From the NCBI GenBank assembly GCA_050575255.1, contig JBNZDD010013730.1:6106543-6170542 (forward strand): a DNA stretch of 64,000 nt, given 5' to 3'. How positions within the stretch are numbered: the stretch's first letter is position 1; the number at the start of each line of letters is the position of its first letter. Position numbers and translations under genes: made by a program. The notes under the pieces are model-generated. The model had not been told where the DNA came from. It did no database searches and saw nothing but the letters and a program-made list of their open reading frames with translations. Positions 26,691 through 41,168 of this stretch are shown here, piece after piece. The stretch is from Harriotta raleighana (Eukaryota).

Positions 26691-28159
26691 ACAAGTTTGT
26701 CCATTGGAGGATATATTTTAATGCTGCCACCATTGCTTAGGATTCAACCTCCAAAGGAGAAAAGCACATGCTTCTGGCACTGGGAAACCTTACAACAGGT
26801 TTTACCTCAACCAGTTTTTGAATTGTGTACAACATAAATCACTTGGCAAACTATGACCTAGAACAGTCAGGACTTGTAAAGCCTCTATAGCCACAGTCTT
26901 TACGTTTCAGACATAATATTTACATAGAACAGGCAAATTTTGTTGTAGAGAATGCTTTTTGTTCTCCTGCTTTGACTGCTGTCCATATATATATATATAT
27001 ATACCCACAGTATTTCATTACCTCAAGCAAATCATTTACACTGTCTGAATGGATGTACCTCACTCAGTGTTTTTGTTCTGTTAGTGCTAGCATGCGCCAA
27101 ATATATAAACCATGGCATCTCATTCATAGTAGCAGAATTCTCACTCATAGCAATGGTGTCCTTGCTTCTTTTCAGTGGTATCCACAATTTACAGAGGAAA
27201 CTGAAATATTTGCGGTGTGCGATGTGTGTCATCCAGTCACAAATATTTCTATTTTTAAGCTACTGCAAGTCTACCTGTTTTCCAGTCGTTCGAGATTTGA
27301 AAGTGTCAGACAAATGCCTGTGAGAAGATAGACTGGTTTCTACGCACATCGTTGGGCAGCGAACATTGGAGATATTGGTTCTGGATGATGTGCAGTTTCT
27401 GGCTGTTGATTGGTTGGAGTTGCAACAATTCGACTGCAATTGGAACAGCCCTTTCCAAAGCACTTGCTTAGAGGTTGTTAATTAATCCAGTTGTGACCTT
27501 TGCAAATTTAAACAACAAATTTAGCACTGAATTTACATAATTACTGTGAACCAGTGTTGAATTTGTCCTTTTACAGCATAATAATGTCAATATGGTCTAA
27601 AGCGTGCCGAAGTATCACTGAAGATATTAAGAGTGTTCCATGGGTGATATGTTCAATACTAAATCACCTATTCCTTCATTCATCCATGGTCAGCATCACC
27701 GATGTTTAATTTCTAATGGAAAATGTAAACCGAGAGTGAATTTTCTAAATAGTCTATTGGCCTAATTACTGTAGCGGTTCAGAGAAAACATTGCGAAAAT
27801 TCTCTAACCTCATGGAAAATACAGGGTTATAGGATAGATCCATACACAGAGCATCGATGACACCTACTGTAATTCGGATTTAGCACTGCAATCCCCAGCA
27901 CTACTCGAACAATAATGTTATAATTTATCAACTAATCTTGTGGACTAGTTGATGATTTTTGACACATGTATACACAATACAGTGAACCTGTGTAAGGCTA
28001 TATAGTTACAATCAATATTTTAGTACAAATCCATTTTCAGAAATTTGAGCTGGCCTTTTCCTGAACTCAGTTCTTCCTGGTTCCCCACGCTTCTCCAGCT
28101 GATGACTAAAATTGCAGATTGTGTTGGCGATTGCATTCCACACGATATGATGAGTAGCA

Positions 28160-28498
28160 CATTGGGACTTGGAACTCTATGCCGGCACAGATCTGGAGGT
28201 GTCCTGCCTTGTTGGATATGTTGTTTTCTGAGGAGATGTTAGATCAAGATCTGCCCTTCTGGATTGTACGTGAACAATCTCGTGGCACAACTCGAAAAGA
28301 GAAGGGAATTTTTCCTGGTGTCCAGCCAACAATCCCCAAATAAAACTGGTCACTCGTTTTAAGGCCATTCTGCAGAAATTGGCTGTGGTGTTTGCCTCAA
28401 ATATACGCAATCACATCATTTTACTGCATAATTCGTGAAATATTTTGTGACGTCTCACAGATACAAGGTACTATATCAAATCCAAGAATTAGTATTAT
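28160..28498 (+). mobile_element. Old long-form Deu SINE
   Basis: GAGATGTTAGATCAAG...TGGCACAACTCGAAAAGAGAAGGGAATTTTTCCTGGTGTCCAGCCAACAAT...AAATTGGCTG... and tail TATATCAAATCCAAGAATTA. Confidence 0.7.
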
Positions 28499-29276
28499 TT
28501 TACTGGTATTATAATGAGTACGTATTATAAATTTGGAGGAGAAGCAGTAATGGGAAGGAAAATGAGAAAAGTGATTGAATTTGTGATTGGCATAGAAAGA
28601 AAATGAATAATTATGCTCATGCCTCTGAACTTTAAGGAAAATACAACATGCAGCAGATCAATTGTTCACTGTCCTAAAGACTCTTACAACTGCTCCCTGG
28701 TGGAATTTCACTGCACTTGAAAAGACAGAATACAATTTGCTCGAGTACATGGTACGCATGTAAATCGTTTATTCTCCTACAGTCCCATTAAGACAACCAT
28801 TACTACAGATGCTTCCCCAATTCTTTTACAGGAAAGTAATGGGACAATTTTAAGGACACCTGCCTTTTAGGTTATTAAGGTATCTTTGTGTTTCATTTTT
28901 TGAAATGTAGTTAAAACGTTTGGCTTTCTTGAAACTAGACATTTTGATGCACACCAGCTGTAGGTAATTTCTTTTGGAGCTTATAATATTTCCTCCCTTT
29001 TAATGAAATGTTTACTCAGAAGCGCTGTATTAATCTCCCAGTCCCTGAAATGTGGTCATGTGATGGGCTTTGCTAGGCATTTTTTCTACCCTTGCACCAA
29101 AAAAACTGTAGCATGCTCATTAACAAAGGTCAGGTAGATCATTTCCGGTCGTTAAATTGTTCAATTTGCATTTTTATATCAAATGTACTTTAGAATCACA
29201 CAGCATCAATAATGAATTGCATGCAAGAATGCAGAAAATACTATACAAAAGCATAAAAGCACCAATTCCCTTCATG

Positions 29277-29331
29277 GAGACAGACGGACAGACAGACAGA
29301 CGGACGGACAGACAGACAGACAGACAGGCAG
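29277..29331. repeat. (GACA/GACG)n tetranucleotide microsatellite
   Basis: Read directly from the sequence. Confidence 0.9.
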
Positions 29332-31154
29332 GGTGGTACAAGATCCAATCAGAGTTCTATTTCATTTCCCAAAGGAATATAAAGAAAACTGAATAAAAAG
29401 GTGAAACGAAGAAATAATTACATTTACAATTCATTTTATTACTGCAATTTGTAACCTCACAAAATGGTACATTCAGCTGTTTTGTCAGATTACTTTACCC
29501 GCACTTCCTCCAATTGATTGATGTTGGAACGAATTGTACAAATGTAATTTTGTTGTTGTTGTATCAAATCGACAATGGTGTTGATGGAGGTGGGGGCTGT
29601 GAAGATCGGTCTGAAAGCTAAAAATGTTTCAAAACTATTCAATTATACTGGTTATTTTTCTATTTTAAATAACAGAAGGAAAGTTACCACTTTAGGCTCT
29701 TATGGGTTTAACTTGGTTACCAGTCTAAGCAATATGCAATTAAGCAGGACCGACCAACGTGAAGATCATATCATTACTGTATCCTCATCTTTCCTTAACA
29801 ATGCACCAAGAAATATATATTGACAAAACTAGTGCATTCTGTTGCTTTAGAGCTACAGGACCAGTAACTTAATTTGTTGCATTATAACACTGGTTCAACA
29901 TCAGAGCTATGGAAATAAAATTCACATTTGCATAATTATGACTTCAACCATTTTTCATGGGTTTCAATGGAGCAAGTCTCCCTCAATGCATCCCATAAAA
30001 TTCCTTCTTGCACATTTTCTATCTCTGCTGTGTTTGCCTACAAAAACAGACGCACTAAAGTAAATCCTTTGAAGTGCTTTGAAACCTTTCGACAAGGTGC
30101 TAATTCTAATGCAGGGATTACTATGCAATACTCCACAGTAAGTCTCCCTCAAGTTGTTTTAAAATTTAATCGACGAAAGGAAACACAGTTTTAAATGTGT
30201 CACGGACTACAGCACAGTGTAATTTTAATTTCTACTTGTGAAAATGACCACAACACTTTTGCAAGTTCATTACTCATGAGTTATAAGGTCATCTCATTTG
30301 TGGAAATTTGACTTCTCATTCTCTAAAGCACCGATATCCTAAAAATAACTGGACCGGTGATCACATGAAGGCAGCCCATTGATTAAATGAAAGTGAATAT
30401 GACAAGTCAAGACATACAAGTCAATATGACAGTCATGAGGAAGGTTTGAGATAGAGTTTAAAAGTTTACTAGTTAGATGTTATAACTCTAATCTCTAGTT
30501 TTTCAATGAGAATGTGAACATAAACATGGATTAATGATACCTGGGCTGAATTGTACCAATAAACATACAATATGTTATATATTGTTAGGATTTTAAATGG
30601 GAGTTCTGTTTGTTACACTCAGAAACTGCAAGTTCCTGCAATGTTCATGTAAACTTGGAAACTGGAATGATTTTACAAAGGGTATTAAAGGCAGGTGAAT
30701 ATCAAGTAAATCTATTGGGAAGAATGTGAAATCTGTAAGACACATTCCAAATAAACTCCACACTCTGAAATGAATCTAGAAATAGCAATTTCACAACCTT
30801 CATTTTCTCTCATTTGACAAAAGATTCCCTCATTCTTTTGTCAAACATTTTCAAGGAAATACGAATATATCTCTCATCTTCTCCAAAACCAATACCACCT
30901 GATGCTATTCAAGTACATATGTAGTTAACTACCTTATTTATTATAAGGTGCAGTTTGTGAAGACTTGAGCTACATAACTGTTCAATATCTTTTATGCATG
31001 AAGTTCCCATTTTCCAAGCTACTGTATGATCTTGTCCCAATATACTAACTGAGATACCATCCATATACAACCACAGACCCATTGAAGAAACAACTTGTGG
31101 TATAGTGGGAAATTGGGAGAGTTCATACTCTGAATGGTCAAGATCAAATTATTG

Positions 31155-31340
31155 ATAATAATTAATGCATTTGGTATAGCACCTTCACACTGCGAAGACA
31201 TCACAAAGTCCTTCACAGCATTCACTTATATATAAGTGGAGAAGTGAAGTGACCATTTGTTTTTAAGCAAACGCAGCAACAAACTGCACGCAGCCATGAA
31301 GTGAACGACCAATTATTTTGGAGGATTGTTTTTGGCCAAA
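31155..31340 (-). mobile_element. Degraded Deu SINE
   Basis: ATAATAATTAATGCATTTGGTATAGCACCTTCACA...CAAACGCAGCAACAAACTGCAC. Confidence 0.6.
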
Positions 31341-31637
31341 GGCTTACCTTTATCCAAATCCTTTTGTGTGAAATTGTCCCACTCCATTTTGGTGAAATTG
31401 TAAGTCTGATCTATTTCTATGTAATCTTACTTTTAAACTATGAGCTCTCTCCTGCTGTTTTGTATCGTTGGCTCATAATTTTTTGTTGCCGTATCTGCTG
31501 CAAGGAGACTTAAAGCAGAAACTCACAACAGGGTGCCATAAATTTGTTTCGCAAAATATTTTTGTCTTGTTGTCATTGAATCCCCGTTGCAATGTTTAAT
31601 ATTGTCCATGTAGTTTCTTTGTAACTTGGGGTAGAAG

Positions 31638-31925
31638 CAGGGCCAATCAGAGGGGAGGCCAGCAGAGCCATTTGGCCTGGGCCTCAAGCTCAAAAGGGGC
31701 CTCAAATTTAGACGCTAGTTAATTATTTTGGCATTTGTTAAGCTTCGCGACTTGTTGTTTTTATGTGCCACCCTTCCGAACCAAAATGTAGTGTGTGATA
31801 ACTAATATTGTAGTTATTAAATATGGTGAGGCCGTGATTTGGAACTTAACTGTCATTTTTTTTATGGCCAGGAGCCTCAAAGGTTGGAAGTCGCCCAGGC
31901 CTCTCCGAACCTCTGAGAGGGCCGG
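31638..31925. mobile_element. Probable hAT-like non-autonomous element
   Basis: GC-rich ends CAGGGCCAATCAGAGG and CCTCTGAGAGGGCCGG form an imperfect TIR. GCCTC(AA) motifs repeat subterminally around an AT-rich core. The TSD matches only 5/8. Confidence 0.45.
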
Positions 31926-32714
31926 GTTGGGAGGCAGACTGGAATGCATTTATTAGAACCAACCAAGCTCTCCCCAATAACAGCTGAACAGCAGCATCCT
32001 TTCACTTCACCAAAGTCAGTGCTGTTTGTGATTCTAAGTCGACAATAGCCTTGCTCTAGGCTGTTAGCAAAGGCATTTGAATGTTGTTGGTTTCCATTGT
32101 CAGAAAACCTTTTAGAAACTATCTGCAGAGCAGACACAACTTATTCGATTGTGAACTCCATTCAATCCATCCACACATTTCCTTGGAGAATGTTTTGCAG
32201 AGATGCATCTTGATTCAAAGCAATCAAGCGAAACCTCCTGAATATCTCCACTGTGTTTCCTGGCCTGCTGCTCTTCTCAGACAATATGCTTCGCTTCCCC
32301 AGGCTCAGCAACACACTAACCCGTGTGCCCTGTATGTTCAATTAATTTTGATAGTAAAATCAATCAGAATTTAACTGAATGAAATGGTTGTTCCTCATTG
32401 AATTGCCTAATGCTTTCTTCAACTTAAATCCTTTCTTTCTCAGTTTTACGAAGAAACGATTTTCAGTAATTTACTGTCATATCAACTGAATGCAGTCTAC
32501 TTTTTAACCACTAATTGCGACATTGGACAAACAGCTTTGCTTTCAGCATTACCTCCTGTACTATTTTTATCTCATGTTCCTGAATTCTTACTTGCGACGG
32601 GTCCTGAACTGGTCCCATACATCACAGTATCATCAATGTGCTGCTTACAATAATTGTTGCTGTATATACACAGTACTATATGCAATGGTAGCAATATTAT
32701 GTTACTGCTAAGCA

Positions 32715-32945
32715 AAACAACAGTTTACATTTATATACAGTAATGCCTTTCACAACGGGAGAACATCTGTACCCGTTTCACAGAGCCGACAGAACCCACG
32801 CTGGGAGGGGGAAATCCAAAGAGCTGTCAAAAATGATTGCCTTAAGGTGGTCTTTAAAGGTAGGAAGGGTGGGCACAAGGCAGAGTACCAGCGAATGGGG
32901 ACAGAATGGCTCTAAGGTCGCCCATCGATGTTGGGCCGAAACCAC
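32715..32945 (-). mobile_element. Degraded L2 3' end
   Basis: AACAACAGTTTACATTTATATA..GCCTTTCAC tail and GGTCTTTAAAGGTAGG... Confidence 0.6.
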
Positions 32946-35900
32946 TTGAAGTTGTTTTCAAGTAATTCCTGTTACAATGCTCTCCAGGTTAACTTAACAT
33001 TGAATCCAACATCCATTAAAACCGCTTCTGAGTAATAAAGAACACTCTTTCCATTGCATCAGCAAAAATGATCAGCAAAGCATTCATCATAATTCATCAT
33101 AATCAAGCTATTGTTACAACTGCCAAAGGCTTAACAAATTGGATTAACAGCTAATATTTTCTGCCAGAACATTTCAAAGTTTAAGGATAGGTTCTGGTGC
33201 AAACCAATGAATGTTATGTTAGAAGGTCTGTAATAAACACTACCAAGTATTCACCAGATAACCATCATTCAATTCCAGGAGGATATAACCTCAAAGCAAT
33301 AAATCCAGCAGAGGTCAGGCTTCTGTTGACCATAAATCATTATGTAAAAGGAACCCTCCAGCAACATGTGTGAAAAATTAGCAAAGAATTCCCTACATGT
33401 TGTGGACATTATTTTTGAAAAATTACAGATGCAGGAGGCCCGGATTTCTCAGCACTTTAGAAATCCTTGCCCTTTTGGATAATTTTAGTGCAGCTACCAC
33501 AACCATTTGTTATGGACAGTGCAGATTTGCATTTCCCTTAAAGTGTAATGTTTCAATTTGATGGTCTTCTACTTCCATTGTCAATTTCTACTCTTTATGG
33601 CCAATATGCAGGAAGACTTGTTCATATTTGTATAGATTAAGTGGTGGAGTTCTGTTTGATGAAGAAGCACACAAGAATAATTTCAAATGACTACTGGGAT
33701 TAAATTAAGGTACAATGGATGGGACAATTCAGCCTCATATTACAGCACTTTGGTGGTTCCTAGTAAATAAACAGTTGGAAAAGCTGCTTGGGGTGATACT
33801 GTATGTTCCTACCTCAGTAAGAAAAATATAAACAATTTTGGATCAAGAAGTTGGGCTACTCAAAATCACAATGAGGGCTACTTTATTGTACATACAGCTT
33901 GTGATCAATCTAATGTTAAGATTCTTTTATTCCCATTCAGTGCTGTCCAAACATTTCATCGAATCGCAAAATTCGGATTTTCAGTCGCGTCAGAAAGATG
34001 ATTTCACATGAATAACTGGTCAGTACATCTTAATAGCAATTTTCTGAAGCCTGAATACTTACAAAAGTTACAGGTGTGGCAGTTACCTCAACAAACACAT
34101 CACTGAAGATATAAAAGGTAGGGTAAGGTGTCGATGCATCAACAGCAATATACTAAATGAAGTGGGCTTTAAATGAAAACACAAAGTGCCAGTCAAATGA
34201 ATGAGAGTGGTCCTTCTCTTTATAATGCTGATTTGGCAGCTGTGCATTTGCAAATTGTTCTCTTCATTTCAGATTTCAGAATTTTCATTTTTCTTTATCT
34301 TTAAAATATTCCTTTTTTTAAAAAAAATGATAAATACATGCTCCAATTTCTTCTATCCCAAACAAGTAATGCACTGGGTTCATTTTCCTGTAGAGAAAGG
34401 GAAGTCATTATTCATACAATTAAAATGGGAACTTTAATTTGCTACTTATCCTTAATTTGCACATTCACTAATTAAGGTTGCCCAGTATTCATAATTTCTT
34501 CACCATTTCCTCATACAAGTAAAACACAGCTGTCTCACATAATATATTAAATCACAGATGTACCTTTGGGGACAGGGAGTAAGTTTGCAAAACCTTTCCT
34601 CGGGAGATTAATGCTCCACTTATACTGCACATTTAGCATTGATTCGATACTGTTTCCGCAGCATAAATCAGGTTTAGGGGCATAGATTTTATTCTGAGTC
34701 CCACTTCCAAAACCACCTCCAGGAGAGTCTTTCAGAATGGAATTAATGTCCTTTAGTGGAGTATACAGTTACTCCAGTCGTACTGCTACCAATTTCAAGC
34801 AAACTTTTGAACTTAAAAAAAAGTTAAAAGCTCCTGGGCAAGCCCCTGGTAACACTTCCAGCTCTTTAACAGAATTCAAATATTAAGTGCCATCATCACC
34901 AAAGCAGAGCTTTTGTGTCAAGGTTGATTCAGAATGGGAAAGGTGTGTTGAGGTTACCCATTCCATATCGCTGTTACTTGTTGGAGATAGCGTCAGAGCA
35001 CTCAAGCAATATGAAAGAGGCACTAATGGGCTGGGAAGAGTCCACAATGGTGCAGATTACACATCTTTATTGGAACTGATGGGTTGAATGTCATTTTGTC
35101 TTTCCATGGTCCAGTAGATGCAAATTTGAAAATATAAGATCAGCTAATTATCAGAAACTGACATTTGTCTTGCTTGCAAATACTCATCCAACATATCATG
35201 ATGACTTGTAAAAAATTGTTTTAATTATAATTTTTTTCATGGGCAAATTAATTAGAAATTTTCCAGCAATGTAGTACTTTCTGATGAGAACATTTTCTTA
35301 GAGAGGAATATAATGACCCAGTGGATTTGTGTGCTAACATTCATTAACAAGTGGCAGACTTGGGTGAAACTGTCTAAAGGTGTGAAACAGAGACAATTGG
35401 TGAAGTTCCTCTTGCTGCTAAGTACAACTACTTTGACCATGTGTAAATTTCTATAATAAACTCAAATTATTAAGGAAGATATAATTTGCAGCAAGAGCAG
35501 TTTAACCCATCCCAACAGATCCTTCCTCAAAGGGGAAAGGAAAATCAGAAGCAGAAGTTGTCAACCTAATTGAGCAGCATTGGTATGGCTTAGAAATAAG
35601 TCAACATAGGCAGAGATTGGGATAAGGTACAAAGTTAACAAGGAAAAAATAAACAACACTGTGCATTGGAAATGGAAGCAGTAATGATTAGATTGAAAGA
35701 AAGTTGAACATGCATTTGATAAGCATGCTAGCATTGTATTATGTGGCATGGTAAGGCTGATTTTACTTCTACAACTGCCTTATACATAAACCTCTCAGTA
35801 GTGGGAAAATGGGATTGTTATATAACGGTGAAAGTGTTTTGCCACAAAGTACTAAATGCTGGGATGATCCTACATACAAGAACATTCCGTGTAGAGTCAT

Positions 35901-38426
35901 GTTTCTCCAATGGCAGCAAGGCAATGTTGACGATGACTCCCGTAAATCACCATTTTGCACACACAGTTAAATCAAATTGTAATGAATTGGAACATGATGA
36001 CATAAATGCCAATTTAACTGTTATTAGCAGCCAGCTCTGACTAAAATAAACATGACCAAGGCTTACACTCAACCTGAATAATTAGACACGATTAAGCTTT
36101 GAATATCACCACCAAGCAGTCGGTTATAAATGAGCCGTATGAATGGAGTGGTTTGCTTTGGTCACTAATGTGTTGCAGCGGGAGATCCAGAATTGGGGAG
36201 ATAAAGAACCTCAATAAGGAGAAATGATCCTTCCCTGAGGATTCATACGCCAAGAACCAATTGCTTGGCATTGGAAAAGCAGCAGTGTCACTGTTAATTC
36301 CATATCAGCAGAAATGTTTTTGTTATTTGTCTTCGGTTGAATGCTGGGCTGGAATGAACCTTATTAATAGCCGTTGCATTGCCTGTGCTTACGAAGGTAA
36401 CTGAGCTGAGTTTTTTTTAAAAAACGATTTCAGATTGTTTGCAGGCATCAGGAAGTCATAACACTGGTCAGCAAATTTGGACTGAATACAGAGTCTCACA
36501 GATTCATGTGGGTTTTCAGGCGCTGTCAACTTCTTGAATCTAGACATTTATCTAGCACTTCTCACATTTCCATCACACTTGCCCATGCCTAGTGATGTGA
36601 CCAGCATTGTTAGAAATGCGTCTCTCACTGATTAAAAATGATAAAATGGATGCCATCCTCCTTGCCTCTGTATTTCTGGGTTTGACCTCCTCAACTTCTT
36701 TTGCCTCTCTCTCAACCTCACTGAAATAGTTCACAACTTTGGTGTACAAATCCTCAGCTTTCCTTTTCCCCATCATCCTTTGTTCCCTCACCAAGATTGC
36801 TTTTATTCATGCCCGCCATATTGCCTGCCTCCATATCAAATCCCGCCTAGACTTTGATAGCCTTTTTATACCATAATACAGGAATTCCTCAATATCCGGA
36901 CATCTGTGGAACAAACACATTTTTGTCTATAGCGACCTCGTCACAATGCCATGAAATCAATTGCAAAGGCCAAAGACTCTACAATAGAGCAGATTGTGCA
37001 CTGTCTATGCAATTCATGGGTTCAATGTCCTGTTTTCATTTTGTTCCCTCCCGACGTGAAAGGCATTATGTAAATATAATTTTGATTTTTAATTTGATTG
37101 AAATGAGTGCAAAACATAGTCAGTTAATTATGATGAATACCATAAATCCCCAAATCTATGGTGAAATTTGAGGTTACTGAGCACCCAATCTCTCAGAACG
37201 CAAGAACTCACTAAGATGGCATTCACTATGCTGAAGTAAATACTTCATTCAACATAATGCAACTTGTAAAATAAAACTTATCATACATTTATTTATGGAC
37301 ACACGAATTAAGATTTTTCAGCCATATGAATTTTTCTCATTTACAAACAACCATGTTTTTAGATGGAATCTCATGACTAAGTGGATTTCACTAAAACGGT
37401 TTAAAGAAACAATGTATGTACTAATATTCATGTGTCTTGCTGGTATTCGCATTTCGGCAGAATTTTAAACAAAACACAACATTGAAATTGGTAACTTGGT
37501 TCTCCACTAGTGATTTTTTTTCAGATGCCACATTGTAATGTTCAGAGTGGATGTGGAATATTGCATGGGTAACAGAGAAAGGCTAAGCAGTGTATTAATG
37601 AATTGTAATTGAATATTTTTCTCTATTCAGCTATTCATTCTGTGGCATTCAGTGTTTGTTACATTCCACGCCTCATTAAAAATGATCCAGATTGTACAGA
37701 TTTATATGATTGTTGTGGATCAATTATGGGAATATTATTTTCCTTCTAAGAAAGAACTTTTCTGCTGCCTGGCTATATTTTATATGGAGCAAGGCTTTGG
37801 ACAGACTTTCCTCCCCCAGGTGAATTGTATCATTGTGAACTAGTTATACCAAGTAATTCAAAAACTTAATCAACTTTGATGAAATAAAAATTACATCAAA
37901 ATTAATGCTGTAGCTCTTTAATGTTATTTCATTAGGATTGCAAAGGAGCTTTTGTTAAAATATAAACAAAATAAGTGAAACCTCGAATAACTCTTCAGCT
38001 AAACATTTTAATGAGTAAGCAACTATAACAATACATTAAAAATGATAAATTTGTCTACCTTTTATATCAGACAATGAATGATTGTATTCAGTCCACATAT
38101 TCACATGATTGAAAGTAGCTCTTCAGGGAACAGCTTTGCAGTTCAAATAATATGAAATTTTCTGCATAATATCTTTGTGCTGCCACTGTCTGTTCCGTCT
38201 AATTTCTGATGTGAAAGCTGCCTGGCAGCTACCCGCTACCTGCTGACAGTAAATTATTAAAAAGGAGGGATTCACAGATACTGTAATATAAATTGTAAAC
38301 GTCAAGGTCATTAACTCCTCAACAACTACAGCAATTTTTTTTTAGCCTGAAAGAATTTTTAAATGCCAACATTCTGGAGAGGTCCAGTCTGTTGTACGGT
38401 AACTTTTCATTATTTTCCCCAGTAAC

Positions 38427-38572
38427 TAATAATCCTCGCATTTTTGGGGAGTATAGTCGTGCCTTTCATGTTGGGAGGGCATCCCAACTCACTTCACTGG
38501 ATTTATCACAGAGGAGATGAATGCGATATTTACAGATGAATGCGGCAACCCAATTGTTCACAGCAATGTCCT
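38427..38572 (-). mobile_element. Degraded Deu SINE 3' part
   Basis: TAATAATCCTCGCATTT...GCCTTTCATG...TGCGGCAACCCAATTGTTCACAGCAATGTCC. Confidence 0.6.
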
Positions 38573-39979
38573 ATGTACCTTCTTCATAAACTGATACCAT
38601 TGCCTTAGGTCTCTTATTCTTGAGGCATCTCTGGTACAGTTGTTTTTCTACCTTTCTGCATCAAGGCTACTGTTTTGTGCTTTCTGCACCATGCCTTTGC
38701 CTCACATCCAACTCTTCCCTTAATGCTAAAGCTCCCTTAATATAATGTTATTTCCTATTTCCTGCTGAGAATATCATTGCATCAAGAGAGGCAAAATCCA
38801 TTGCAAGAAACTGTGACAAAGATGCAAAACTAAAAGCTAAACCATAAAACATGGAAGTTCTTGTTTGAGATGCTGATTCTCAGTGTTATACCATAGTATC
38901 ATCTTCCACCAATCATTACCAACAGCAACTACCTGTATTACTATCATCACTACCCCCATCACTTTTCTGAGTATGTGAGCTAAAAGTACGTTGCAGATTC
39001 ATAACAGGGATAAGCTGTTTAGCAGTAGCACACATCTATGTGAGTTGATAGCTCACCATGAGTAAACAATTCAGGGTGAAATAACAGAAGCCAGCAATTC
39101 AGATAAGAGCTCCTTTCCCTCCTTGATAGAGGCAAGCCTTTTGTTTTATTTCCACAGAGACTGCAGCTAAAATGGATGATGTTATAGTAATCAATTCTGC
39201 AAGAATATAACCAAATGACAGTCATCCACTAAACAACTGGAAGAAACTCCCAACATTATCTGCACTCAATCTTTTGATTGAGTGGGGATAATGTTAGATT
39301 ACTTGCTGATCCCAACCATCCAGAAGTCGCTTTTCTTCATTTCATAAATTTTCAATTGAGGGAGTTGGTTATCTGTCAAACACACATCAAAAGCTACATT
39401 ACTTGGCCAAGTTGCCCAGGTGCCAGATTTTAAGACCTTTCCACTGGTTTATTGCAAAAGTAATATTTCAACCAGATTAAGCTTGTCAGAGAGAGATAAA
39501 ATATCAGTTGGTGTATCTTGAACACCTCCATATTGTTGCTGATGATGCTTCAATTCCCTTCATTACAGTCAAAGCATTTGAAAAATATATGCAGGCTAAG
39601 GGCTATATTCAAGCTGAGAAAATTCCCCAGCCACTGACAAGATGCTGCACAGGGCCAGCATTTAAATCAGAAACACAAATAGAGAAACGTTGGAAGCTGA
39701 AAGGCTGCTTTTAGTTGAATAATACCCGCACAACTCGCAGTTCACTGGAGAGGAAGGTGATACCATAAACTAATATACCTAATTAATATTTATCCTTATT
39801 ACAAAGGCTGTGACAAAGACTTTTTCTTTTGAGATATAATGATTATCTTTAAAGAAAATGATGACTATTGTAAGTAATTCACAGTACACACACAGATAAG
39901 TTTAATAATATTATAATGTTCAGTAGAAGGAAAATGATAAGAACTATAGAAAGTCAGTGCCATAAACAAAATATTTTAA

Positions 39980-40300
39980 AACAACAACAACAAAATTACA
40001 TTTATAATGTGCCTTTCACGTCAGGAGGACGTCCCAAGGCACTGAACAGTCAGGTCGAAACCCGAGCAAGGGAGAGGGACAGAGTGGAGGGGAGGGAGAG
40101 AGTTGGGAGCCCAGCAGAAGGCATGATCGAAGAGGAGGGTCTTGAGACCGGCCTTGAAGGAGGCAAGGGAGGAAGTAAGGCGAATGGTCTGTGGGATGAG
40201 TTCCAGAGAGTGGAGGCAGAGAGGCTGAAAGCCCGTCCACCGATGGGCAGGGAACATGGAGCAGACCAAAGCCCGCTGAACAGAGGGGGCGGGGAGGTTC
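39980..40300 (-). mobile_element. L2 LINE 3' end
   Basis: (CAA)n tail with GCCTTTCACGTCAGGAGGACGTCCCAAGG. A minus frame gives SSLASFKAGLKTLLF, the L2 ORF2 terminus. Confidence 0.88.
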
Positions 40301-40616
40301 AAAAGGGCAGATCCAGCTGGGCAATCAGCAGAAAGACTTACCAAACAGTCCTTTCAATAGCAAGTCATGCAGTTTTAGCTGGTTCAAATCCAACAATTAT
40401 TCCCAATGCATACTCTGGGTGCCAAGACTCATTTCTTGGCAGCTTTTGGTCTCTAATGCTGCATACACTATGCTGATGGTTTCAAAGCTTTATCATCAAA
40501 GTACTGTACCACTAAATCCCTGTCTCGCAATGTGTTCTATAGACTATTACCATTTACCTTATAGTCACACTGTTTATTCTCCATCCCAAACACATTGTTC
40601 TGCAATTGTTATATTA

Positions 40617-41107
40617 CAATAAAACCCTGTTTATCCGGGGCTCGATGAACCGGAAACCCTGTTGAACTGGAACCTCAAAAAAAAAAGTCCTGATTCAATA
40701 AACCGGAAGTTAGCCGGCAGAATAGTGATGACGCATTTAATGAATCGATTGTTGCATGCAAGTACTGGTGCAGGTACTCGGCTGGCTGCTAGTCGATCCT
40801 AAAGACACGCTATTAGTCGCGATACTGCCTTTTAAAAAAAAGCCGCCATACAATATTCTGTTATTACAGTATCTGTTATTCCTGTATTTACTCTATTATT
40901 TATATGGTACAGAGTACAACATTTACAATAAAATCCCCATACAATATTGTTATTATCTGTTATCATTTAGTCTATTATTAATATATGTGTTAAAATAATT
41001 TTTAATTTAAAGTTTTTAAAAACGTTTTAAAAAAAACATTCAACTGGAAAACCGTTTAACTGCCACTGGCCAGGTCCTGTGGGTGCGGGATAAATGGGAT
41101 TTTACTG
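40617..41107. mobile_element. Tc1/mariner (Tigger-like) MITE
   Basis: TA|CAATAAAACCCTGTTTATCCG ... CGGGATAAATGGGATTTTACTG|TA gives an imperfect TIR with a TA TSD. It carries an internal ~90 bp duplication at about 40846-40985. Confidence 0.75.
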
Positions 41108-41168
41108 TATATTACATGGCATCTACCACTTATCAAATCATTACCCTGATCTATGCAGCTTATTCACT

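Noticed and set aside
33938-36910. Solo TIR-like starts (CAGTGCTGTCCAAAC at about 33938 and TACAGGAATTCCTCAATATCCGG at about 36877)
   Set aside because: No partner TIR or TSD was found nearby for either.
39916-40476. 186-aa plus-strand ORF
   Set aside because: It is largely the antisense of an L2 3' end.
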